The notes under the pieces are model-generated. The model worked only from the letters and a program-made list of their open reading frames with translations, was not told the origin of the DNA and made no database searches. DNA of 64,000 nucleotides from assembly GCA_002633005.1 (NCBI GenBank), contig NMRA01000022.1, positions 1,652,502 through 1,716,501 on the forward strand, read 5' to 3'. The DNA is from Phoronis australis (taxonomy: Eukaryota > Animalia > Phoronida). This document shows, piece after piece, positions 53,110-64,000 of this stretch. The position numbers and the translations under genes are program-made. Every line of letters begins with the position of its first letter. Positions within the stretch are counted from its first letter, which is position 1.

Positions 53110-53704
53110 TAGAAGTGTTGTTACGTCAGGTTGTGTTTAAGGCTTGATTGACAGTCAAGCCTTGATCTTCAACCCACATGAGAACCAAAGTTTTGTTGAG
53201 GACTGATGAAAACAGCGTCGCAACCACTAGATGTACCTCCTTGTGATTCAGTAGTTGGCTGGTATATATAGTAAGAACCGTGAGCTTTCGTTTTGTTGAG
53301 TTGCCCTAAAGGGGGTGCTCGCAGGGAATGGCTTCCTGGCTCCAGGTATACTCTAAACATTGCAGTTTTGTTAGCTCATTGTTTTGTAATGCGTAAACCC
53401 ATGTTCACGACAGCAAATTCTAGGTTGTCAATATCACTGATACAAGGTGATCAATGAACAAAGACAGTTCATTAACTACAGTTCCAACTATCTCAAAAAC
53501 TAGTGAAATGTACTCTGGTGGCAATGTCTGATGTATAAAATCTCTGTCCACCTGAAGAAGTGACATTCAAGAGTACAAGACATGCTCATTTTACTTGTTT
53601 ATGTGTATAAAAAGTTTCTGTCGACTATTGATATTAGATGATGTGACTAACCAATATTAGTTGATTTATAGCACACTGTACCACTGAAGTCAGTATGTAT
53701 AGAC

Positions 53705-53940
53705 AGTTGCCATGACTTTTGATTTTAGGTGATTCTGTCTCGCCAGTATTGGTTGGTTTGTGATATGTGACTGAATATGTATTCACAGTTTCCATTGGTT
53801 GTTGACATTAGGAAATTCTGTCCATCCAATGCTGGTTGGTTTGTAGTATATGACTTTATTTCAATATGTCTATACATTTTCCATTGACTTTTGACATTAG
53901 GAGATTTTCTCTATCCAATATTTGCTGGTTTATATTTTGC
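53705..53940. repeat. Degenerate ~85-bp tandem repeat x3 in the probable TMEM198 3' UTR
   Basis: CCAT(T)G...TTGA..TTAGG..ATT.T.TC..CCA....TGGTT blocks at ~53710, 53792 and 53881. Confidence 0.55.
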
Positions 53941-54875
53941 TCATGGTTAGAATTGCGTGACGACACTTGGCTTTCCTAGATTTCCATCTGCTGGTTTATG
54001 ACCCTTGGTAACTTACCCATTATATTTCAACACCTGCAAAATACTGGCTGTGGACTAATTTCTAGTTTTATATTATGACACATTATTTTCCTGTCCAGCT
54101 TTCAAAATTAAAAAACCTAACCATGTGTTCTTTTCACAAACTATTTAAACATGCTTACTAAAACTTTCAAAAATGAAAACTTTACAAAAAATACTATTGT
54201 CGCCCACATTGTTTGCAACCTTGTTTATGATGGGCGATTTCAACGTGCCTGATTGCCCAAGTTAATTTCAAGAGAAGGATATAATCAGCTGAAGCTGGGT
54301 GGTTTCCTTGGAGATGTCCGAAGATTTTAAGGTTAACAAACTTGTGAAGTTGCCCAAACTGGACTGGTGAGGGTGACTGGTGAGGGTGACTGCGTAGGAT
54401 TCTTTTCATGCCATGCTTGAATGTCAAGTGTCTACGTAGTTTTCATCTGGTGATTCTGTGTAGCCAACATTGGTGAGTTTATAGTACATCACTGAATTCA
54501 AACTCTTTCTGTCAAGAAGATAACACATGCAGTATATAACTTACCCCATTGTGTCTCTGCCGTAGATCTCAGTAATGCTCATTGTATGTTTTCAAGGAAA
54601 ATTTTACTGTTTTCCTATGATCATCATAAAATAGCTTAGTTATTAATTCTTTCCTGTATATTTTGTGCTGAAATGTGTTGTCAAGACTTGCTTTTGCTGT
54701 GGCCATTGATTTTTGTTTCATTGTTCATTAAAAATTGCCAAAACAACAGTTGAATTATTGTAAAGTTTCTTCAAATTTGAATAAGAATTATACTCAAAAG
54801 TCACTGGCAAACATTTGTTAGTCTGGTCTCCACGCTTCCTGTTGGCCACATCATGTGAAATGTGACCTATTTATG

Positions 54876-54881
54876 AATAAA
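54876..54881 (+). promoter_or_regulatory. Candidate polyadenylation signal for TMEM198
   Basis: AATAAA ~1.85 kb after the stop, followed by T-rich sequence. An ATTAAA near 54727 is an alternative. Confidence 0.3.
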
Positions 54882-55879
54882 AGCCTAATTTTTGCCCCAA
54901 GGGGGACTCGATCTAAGACTTTCTGCAAACCTTCAGACTTACATTCATTAGATCATGTGGTGCTGTCAAAACGTTGTTTGTGAACCAGACTAAAAATGTT
55001 TGGATCTTTGTTTCCATACCATATTTATTTCCATGGGATTTAACATTTACATATTCATACTATTGAAAATAAATTGTCAATTTTCTATTTTTTGTCAGCT
55101 TTGCCCAGACTTTCGCCTCAAGCTGTTGGATACCAGCTGTTCAGTATTAGCTGTTAAGTCAAATTCTTATTCTAATTTTTGTTGAGGAATTTGTTAAAAA
55201 TAAGTTTCCCCTTAACAGGTTCTAAATGAAGAAGCTTTGCTCAGCTAAATTTTAACCAAGCCTGGTTATTAGATAAAATCTATTGGTCAGGTTGGATACG
55301 AAGTACGTGTGGGTTTTATTGTATTTCCAAACTTGAACTTGCTTTGTGTCTTACTAACCATTGCTCTGATGGCTTTGAAAAAATTATGTATGTGTAAGGT
55401 AAATTGGCTTGCTAAGAAATCTTTAAAAAGCTTGTCAGTGAATCACCCTTTTGACCTTGAACTCCACGCTTGGAAAACCTTACCTCTTGGAAAGTTCGAT
55501 TAAGTGGCCAGGTTCTAGCTTAAGTAATCCTACCAGAAAGTATTAACCTTCACGATTTTAGCTTGGTACCCTATAGCCTTGTTCTGTTATTAGGAATTGA
55601 GTGGTTTGACAGGCTTTGAGCCCACCCGCCCGAGTCATGTCAGAATCTTTGGTAGGGACCTACTAATTGATTAATTGGAAGCTGTAGTTCAACTAATTGC
55701 AGCGCCCCCTATGTTACTTTTTCACTTACTCTTATAAATACTGGATATAGGAGGCGCTAAAGCATGTTAATGCAAAGAAAGATGAAATGGTGACTTCATT
55801 CACAGGTAAATGATATTTAAGATGCCGGTGTTAAATTTTCAGCAAATTCATATATTTCAAGCTACCTCTACACCACATA

Positions 55880-58870
55880 CAGATAAAGACGTCAGATAGA
55901 GGTTCTCAAATTTAGAGACACAAGAAACGCATTTAAACTAATTCAACTATACGTGCTAATAACCGCGCCATCTGGGGGCTGGTTCGTAATTTATATGACG
56001 TCAGCAACCGACTCACAACTTTAGAAACACGGTTAGGTAGATCAAGTTGAAAACGCATTTCAACTAATTCAAATACTCCTACTAATGGCTGCGCCACCTG
56101 TTGGCAGGTAGATAACGTACATAACGTCATCATCAGGCTCACAATTTTAGAGACTCCAAACACGCATTTCAACTAATTCAACTATTCCATTAATCAACAC
56201 GCCACCTGAAGGCATACATATAACGCCACCTACGGGGATGACCCACTAACTAACGGGTAGATAAAATTAGTTAGATCAAGTAGAGCAGGTAGATAAAGTT
56301 CATGACATAATCAATGGGGTCACCATTTTAGAGACTCCACACACGCATTTCAACTAATTCAACTATTCCCACTAATCGTTGCGCCACCTACAGGAACAGA
56401 CTGATAACAATCATGACATTAACAAAAGGCTCACAACTTACGAGACACAGAAGAGGCATTCCAAGTAATTCAACTATTCCCACTAATCACTGCGCCACCT
56501 GCAGGGACAGAGAACGTACATGACATCATCAACTGGCTCACAAGTTTAGAAACTCCAAACACGCAGTTCAACTAATTCAACTATTCGCACTAATCGCTAC
56601 GCCACCTGCAGGCACACCTGTTAGCAAACATGAAGTCAGCAACAGGCCCACAAATTGAGAGACAGAGAACACACATTTCAACTAATTCAACTATTCCCAC
56701 TAATCGCTACGCCACCTACAGGCAGATTGAAAAAGTACATAACGCCAGGAAAAGGCTCACAAAGTGAGAGACACAGAACACGCATTTCAACTAATTCAAC
56801 TATTCCCACTAATCGCTGCGCCACCTACAGGAACCGGCTGATAACAATCATGACATCAGCTACAACTTGACAGACACAGAACATGGAAACACGGTTAGGT
56901 AGATCAAGTAGAAAACGCATTTCAACTAATTCAAATACTCCCCCACATTTCAACTAATTCAACTATTCCCACTAATCGCTATAACGCCACCTACGGGATG
57001 ACCCACTAAATAACGGGTAGATAAAATTAGGTAGATCAAGTAGAGCAGGTAGATAAAGTTCATGACATAATCAATGGGGTCACCATTTTAGAGACTCCAC
57101 ACACGCATTTCAACTAATTCAACTATTCCCACTAATCGCTGCGCCACCTACAGGAACAGACTGATAACAATCATGACATTAACAAAAGGCTCACAACTTA
57201 CGAGACACAGAAGAGGCATTCCAAGTAATTCAACTATTCCCACTAATCACTGCGCCACCTGCAGGGACAGAGAACGTACATGACATCATCAACTGGCTCA
57301 CAAGTTTAGAAACTCCAAACACGCAGTTCAACTAATTCAACTATTCGCACTAATCGCTACGCCACCTGCAGGCACACCTGTTAGCAAACATGAAGTCAGC
57401 AACAGGCCCACAAATTGAGAGACAGAGAACACACATTTCAACTAATTCAACTATTCCCACTAATCGCTACGCCACCTACAGGCAGATTGAAAAAGTACAT
57501 AACGCCAGGAAAAGGCTCACAAAGTGAGAGACACAGAACACGCATTTCAACTAATTCAACTATTCCCACTAATCGCTGCGCCACCTACAGGAACCGGCTG
57601 ATAACAATCATGACATCAGCTACAACTTGACAGACACAGAACATGGAAACACGGTTAGGTAGATCAAGTAGAAAACGCATTTCAACTAATTCAAATACTC
57701 CCCCACATTTCAACTAATTCAACTATTCCCACTAATCGCTATAACGCCACCTACGGGATGACCCACTAAATAACGGGTAGATAAAATTAGGTAGATCAAG
57801 TAGAGCAGGTAGATAAAGTTCATGACATAATCAATGGGGTCACCATTTTAGAGACTCCACACACGCATTTCAACTAATTCAACTATTCCCACTAATCGCT
57901 ACGCCACCTGCAGGCACACCTGATATCAAACATGAAGTCAGCAACAGGCCCACAACTTCGCCCACAACTTAAGAGACAGAGAACACACATTTCAACTAAT
58001 TCAACTATTCCCACTAATCGCTACGCTACCTACAGGCAGATTGAAAATGTATATGACGCCAGCAAAAGGCTCACCAGGCTAACAAAGTGAGAGACACAGA
58101 ACAAGCATTTCAACTTATTCAACTATTCCCACTAATCGCTGCGCCACCTGCAGGGATAGGCTGATAACAAACATTATGTCAGCTACAGGCTCACAGCTTG
58201 AGAAACGCAGAACCCACATTTCAACTAATTCAACTATTCCCACTAATCGCTATGCCACCTGCAGGCAGACAGATAAAGCACATGGCGCTGACAAAAGGCT
58301 CACCAGACACAGAACACGCATTTCAACTAATTCAACTATTCCTACTAATCGTTGCGCCACCTACAGGAACAGACTGATAACAATCATGACATCAGCAAAA
58401 GGCTCTCAACTTGACAGACACAGAACATGCATTTCAACTAATTCAACTATTCCCACTAATTGTTGCGCCACCTGCAGGTAAGTCAGTGACTCGGGTCTTT
58501 CTGTCTCACATAGTCAGTGATACTTTAGATGGCGCTACAATTGGTTGAATTAGTTGAATTAGTTGAATAGCTCAGTGCTGAATATGTTGAGCTGACTTGG
58601 GATTAGTTGGATTCAACCAATTCAACGATTCCTACTAATCAATGCGTCACCTGTGGACAGTAGGCTAACTTACATGATGTCATCCACAAGCTCAATGTTA
58701 GAGACACCAATCACGCATTTCAACTAATTCAACTATTCCCACTAATCGCTGCGCTACCTGCAGGGGCAGTTTGATAACAAACATGATGTCAGCAATAGGC
58801 TTGCATAAGTGGTGATGACAGGATAAGTTGAGATAAGTTGGGATTAGTTGGGTACAACTAAACATTCTGA
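55880..58870. repeat. Satellite array: ~25 monomers of ~109 bp with a 760-bp higher-order repeat (~2.2 copies)
   Basis: Conserved block ATTTCAACTAATTCAACTATTCCCACTAATCGCT[G/A]CGCCACCT[A/G]CAGG at about 56347, 56458, 56566, 56675, 56784 and onward. TAGAGCAGGTAGATAAAGTT recurs at 56281, 57041 and 57801 (period 760). Confidence 0.95.
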
Positions 58871-61800
58871 CATGTATGACCCGCCCTGGTGCATAGCAAG
58901 TTTCATTACACTAACTTGGTTTGAAGAAAATCTAAGTCATGATATTATGATACTGTGTGGCAGTGACCTACATGTAAATGTAACAGCAGGTCTAACTTGA
59001 AAGTGCAGGTGAATGTTTTGTGCAAAATATTTGTTTTTATCAATATATAATTTTCCTAATTAATTTTATATCTGGAAGCGGCTGATGAAATAGTAAGACG
59101 GCTTGTTTATGATAATGAGTGATCACAGTGGCAAATGTGTGTATTCAGCCTAATTTATTGAATTTAAGACTGCGCTTCACTCTGTTTTGCGGGCCAAACT
59201 ATTGGGCCTTTGTTTTCATAAAATCTATCTCATACTATCGTGCCAGAAGTAAAAATTCTATTTTGCTTGCCACAAACCATGGAAATGAGCTGGAAATAAT
59301 AAGCTTTCAAAACAAACTCGCTCACTAAACATAAAATGGTTAAATACCGAGGACATCTTAACTCATAGGCCAAGGAAAGTTTTATTTTTATAGTGGGCCG
59401 GTAAATGTTGAGTGATATGAAGTTAATATTTGCAGCCGATGGGGTGCGAGGGGTGCGAGTGCACTCCCCGCAGTTTAGACCCCTTGCTCTATCCAGACTA
59501 GCTGCAGTTTTGTTTCTCCATTTTTGCTGACTAATGGGGGGTTGCATTTATATATTGCAACACTTGACAGAAGCACAGTAATTATTCATGGATATATTTA
59601 GTCATTGTTTTTCTTCATAACTGATCCTTTGCAAATTTCAAGTTGTTTTAGTGACGGTAACATTAAGAAACCGTGCTCGTGTCGCGGGCCTATTCCCGCC
59701 ATAATTCAGGCATATGATAATAACCCCTGGACTTCTCGGAGTCGTCGAAAGCTAAAAAGACTAAGAGTGTTTTGGCGAGAATATGGATTTTGTACTCTGG
59801 AACGTCTTCACGTATTATTTTTACGGATTTAATTACTTCTTGGATTGGAACTAAACCATCAAACTCTCTTGTTTTTTCGAGCGTTTTGCTGCTTTTGCCG
59901 GGTATGAACGGAGATCGCCCAGAATTCCGCACACAAAACGCCGTCGCGATTCCCGCTTTGGCATCAACCCACCTAGCTGTTAAAACCAACTGAACAAAAA
60001 TGTTCGTAGGGTTGTTGCAATATGTTTGGTCGCAAACGTAAGTTCACATCAGGAACGTCTCACCAAGGAAAAAACGCGGGAAATTGTATGTTGGACACAA
60101 ATGTGCCACCAAACTGCCCCTCACATTTTAATACATGGAGAGTTCAGCCCTCGAAGATATTTTGAGAGGCACAACTCGAAAAATAAAGCAACACCACGAT
60201 TTTTTTTTTAACATTTCGATGAAACTAAGTGGAATGAAGTGACTGCAAGGCGGGGCCTACCCTATTTTACCTCTAGCTTGCGCAATGATTTGTAGCATTA
60301 GACATTTACTATGACCACGACTTGCAACGAACACCAACCGGTCTTCGTTATAGCTTGTGACCAAAGGCGTCGGATAAAATAACACCTGTGATCAGTCTCC
60401 AAAAGTTGAGTTGCCACGGTGCGTCATTTTATTTGCCGACACTGAGGGCTCCAATCAGAAATTATGAATTGTCGGTTCTTTCCAAGCTCTTGAAAATCAC
60501 GTTTCCTTAGACTAAGAAGCAATTTCAAACAGGGAGTCCGTGGTGGTCCTAGTTTCAAACTGATTTCGTAACGCCATGTGTTCGAAGCCAAAAACTATTT
60601 TTTTGAGTGAAGTTGGGTTTATAGTAGGTTTTTAAAGCGACTTAAAAGTCGTATTTTGAACGAATTGAACTGGAGGTGCGATAGAGACGATTGACGCTAG
60701 TGACAATCCCACAGAGCCCACCTAGTTTTTTCAGTTTATTCTCAAATACATGTATGGTTTGCGCGGTTACGATATTAACATAATGCGGAAACTAACAAAT
60801 TATTGTAGGAATCAGGGTGATGTATTTCGTATCAGGAGCTGACTCATACGACGTCGTGAAAGTGAAATGCGCGTGAAACGTTTTCGTAGATGACGCTTTG
60901 AATATCTCGAGAAATGGAGTTCTTCTTTGGTACTGTAATTATTGGTCTTACTTGGTGTTCATTTTCGGGTAAGATGTAAAGTAAAATGCTAATTCAATGT
61001 TACAAATTTGTGAGTCGGGTCCTGCGGGACCGCACACCCGGAATATACATGTTTGTCAAGTATCTAAGCAGTCTTTCAGAATCTCGTGGATTGTCCGTGG
61101 TTCGGTTAGACGGTGACCACCGTCTCTAGTGGCCACAGTAGAGACGGAAGCTTATTTCGGCGAATAGGGCCGTCCCGGATTACACGGTGATAAAATTTTC
61201 CTTTGTCCCAGTGATAAGAAAGCGCGTGATCTCGGGCAATTTTCGTGTATAATGTCGGGAAGGAGAAGTATTTCACATCACACATCCACGGGTATTTCAA
61301 TGTCCAGTTTATCAAACTTTCTCATGTCGGAGTTGCTGCTCACAGCCCAGCAGTGTAATATTTCTTTGGCATTTGGAGGACGAATGGAGTAATGCAACAG
61401 AGAAAAACTTGTAAAGAATCAGACAACCACAAATAACATGTGAAACAGCGAGATTAGAGTGTCTGTGAAATCCAGGATGGCTCCGATCTCACACTGATGG
61501 AAACATCAGTCTAGTTGTTTACATAGTGCCTTTTGCGCATAGAGGGACACCTTAGGAGACCGTCGATGTCTTTAATTCCTTTCAACTCAAACAAATAAGT
61601 CCCGTAACCAAATTTTTTTTCTTCGAGCATTCTTTCGCCTTTTTAACACTGCGCTCACTCCTGGCAGGTGCGGTAAAAATATGAACGCGCGCTGTGTAAA
61701 TATAGCGTTGCCAATCTGGGCAAGGTGAGCACTAGCCCGGCAGCCAGCTAGCTGTATGAAGAATATCGTCAAATACACTAGGCACCACTGTGTGTTCAGC

Positions 61801-62471
61801 GCCGACAGACCTCAAAATTGCGCACAACCCTGGTAGTATATTTAGTATACAGCTTTGCGCCAAGGCTAGGTGAGCACTGTCTACGGTCCGATTCGCTTTG
61901 GAAAATGTGTCGTGATTTTTATTCAATTTATAGGAAAACCAGCATTGTATCTGTCATGTATTCATAAACCCTATCTTGAAAGGTTTACAAAACAATCGAC
62001 ACTATCGTGTGTTTTTGTGATGACTTGTCGTGCCCAATAGGCTCTAAACATTCTTTGCTTGCGTCGCTATCTCAGTCCTTTCCCTACTAAGTCAGTGTCT
62101 TTTATCTGGGAGTATTCATTATAGTCATAGCTTTTATATACCAGCCAACATTTAACTACAAAGAAGATTCGTTCCCTTTCCAACAGATCGTACGTACCTC
62201 ACACTATTCTTAATGCACACAGTTGTACGGTACGCTGCTCTTTTGGATGCAAAAACTCTTCACAACACGTAACGCAAATTTTCATTAGTCACTCTTGACA
62301 ATTTGAAAAATTAGCAATGAATAGGCCCATCTCCTCAAACCCGCGACGTCTAATTTATGATCAATAGAATGCTGCCTTATAGAAATACTCTTTGTCTAAA
62401 AACGGAAAAGGCGTTGTGATTTTAGCCTCGTTTTAGAAACGTTGATTTGATTCTGGGGATCATATCGGAAA

Positions 62472-62711
62472 ATGTGCATCTACGAAGAGGCTCCTTCTTG
62501 CCGTCCGAGGTGGTCCCACAGCACAGCAGCAAAACTGGCGCTGGTGTTCAAAAGTTGGATACAGTTAATGCAGAGAAAGACTTGGAAAAACAAGGCACCA
62601 ACAACTGAGACGAGAACCTTCAATGGCGCGAAAGCGAGGTTAAAGAACTGCCTAGCGGATGTTGCGCAGTTCTTCGTAAAATACACGATGCAAGTGCATG
62701 TCGCTGTTTAA
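62472..62711 (+). pseudogene. Degenerate coding relic, related to 36860-37128
   Basis: WSHSTAAKLAL...FNGAKARLKNCLADVAQFFV; abuts the MITE starting at 62718. Confidence 0.5.
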
Positions 62712-62717
62712 TCTGGG

Positions 62718-63205
62718 ACCGTATATAAGCCCACCCGATGAAACGGCCATGGGCGTTTATTCGGAAAATTTTGCAGAATAAACGCCCATGTGCGTTTATT
62801 TGGTGTTACAACTTCTGGTGTCAAGTGTACAGATAGTGGGGAATTCATTTTATTCACAAAATTTCCTCTTAAAAGCCCACTCAACGTCAATTTTTGTATG
62901 CGTGCACCGGGGGCATGCATGCGCCAAACGCCGTTTTTTCTTAGTGAAAGGTCCAAATTCTCAAAGTTTGAGCAACCCTATATTTTAGTCTGGGTGCGCG
63001 CAAGTTTTATCACAAATTCAGTTTTGAGGAATATTTATCATTTACATAAACAAACAAGGTGTTGACGAACTATGCATTTATTAACATAAAATTTAAAAAC
63101 ACAGTGGATGTCAAAGTCAGGAAAACTATGACTTTCCGTTTACCCCCCCCCCCCCCTTTTCCGAATAAACGCTCGGGCGTTTATTTGGTGTTTCGCGAAT
63201 ACACG
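62718..63205 (+). mobile_element. Tc1/mariner-pogo-type MITE-like element
   Basis: Starts ACCGTAT; GGGCGTTTATT / AATAAACGC motifs recur at both ends; second copy at 23820-24150. Confidence 0.6.
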
Positions 63206-63299
63206 TTCAACTGAAATTTGTATTTTCAGTGTCAATATCAAGTACCGGAAGTACCACAGGTACGTTTCTGTCAATTTGACGAGTTCTAGCTAAGCTGAA

Positions 63300-64000
63300 T
63301 TACAACGGGGATAATACATTTTTATTAATAGGCCCAGCCTGAGTTGAACGCTCCTCTTTCGTGGACGAAAAAAAGTCATTACATGATTGTCCTCTTTTTC
63401 AAAATGTCAGGTACTCCTGAATTGATTTGCAGAGAGACACAACAATCAAGCATTTGGATCTGCCAGACTCCTGCAAGTGACTGTTAACCGATAGCTGTCT
63501 TTTTTGCAATTTGTGGTTGTCACAGTTTGAACTCAAAATACAAAAATACAGATTTGCCTGCATTGCAATGGTGAATTACATCACAATTACGTCGTGAGCT
63601 GGTCTGAGTCGGTGACAAATACATCTGCATGTCAAGAAGCAGAACAAGTGCTTGGCACATAACGCTGCATCGCTGATAAATACATGTACTATAATACCGG
63701 TAACAGTNTTACAACGGGGATAATACATTTTTATTAATAGGCCCAGCCTGAGTTGAACGCTCCTCTTTCGTGGACGAAAAAAAGTCATTACATGATTGTC
63801 CTCTTTTTCAAAATGTCAGGTACTCCTGAATTGATTTGCAGAGAAACACAACAATCAAGCATTTGGATCTGCCAGACTCCTGCAAGTGACTGTTAACCGA
63901 TAGCTGTCTTTTTTGCAATTTGTGGTTGTCACAGTTTGAACTCAAAATACAAAAATACAGATTTGCCTGCATTGCAATGGTGAATTACATCACAATTACG
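63300..64000. repeat. 409-bp near-identical tandem duplication with an N at the junction (possible assembly artefact)
   Basis: TACAACGGGGATAATAC at 63301 and 63710; N at 63708; I saw one substitution between copies. Confidence 0.85.

Noticed and set aside
56655-58481. Repeated ORFs MRDREHTFQL... and ...ISTNSTIPTNR...
   Set aside because: Translations of the satellite; monomer lengths do not preserve frame.
55880-58800. CRISPR-like look: constant ~48-bp repeat with variable ~60-bp intervals
   Set aside because: The intervals are homologous to each other (GATAACAATCATGACATC...GGCTCACAA...GAGACAC) and repeat with the 760-bp unit. There are no cas genes and the context is a spliced animal genome. 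It is a satellite.

Overview
AT-rich, repeat-dense, intron-containing animal genomic DNA. It is probably an invertebrate deuterostome such as a hemichordate or echinoderm (inference from gene and repeat style). It is draft quality, with a 737-N gap at 25152-25888 and single Ns at 21754, 22434 and 63708. Genes: (1) a complete five-coding-exon TMEM198 orthologue on + (39514-53033, 358 aa, all splice phases consistent); (2) the first coding exon of a small conserved invertebrate protein on - (12483-12650), probably with a C-terminal RING finger, whose later exons I could not find; (3) an intact tRNA-Leu(UAG) on - (22683-22763) between these divergently oriented genes. The rest is mostly non-autonomous mobile DNA (Helentron/DINE-like element, several MITEs, an RTE-like fragment, a tRNA-derived SINE head) plus mini- and macrosatellites. 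Most notable: a ~3 kb array of ~25 ~109-bp monomers with a 760-bp higher-order unit, whose conserved block contains a CTCF-like motif; a Cys-rich uORF ending 2 nt before the TMEM198 start; a 30-bp repeat that triplicates the TMEM198 stop in frame; inverted hammerhead-like arms around a SINE head; an 18-bp palindrome with an 8-bp target-site duplication (TSD); and two diverged relics of one unidentified coding sequence. Almost all ORFs in the supplied track are spurious. No database search or folding calculation was run.
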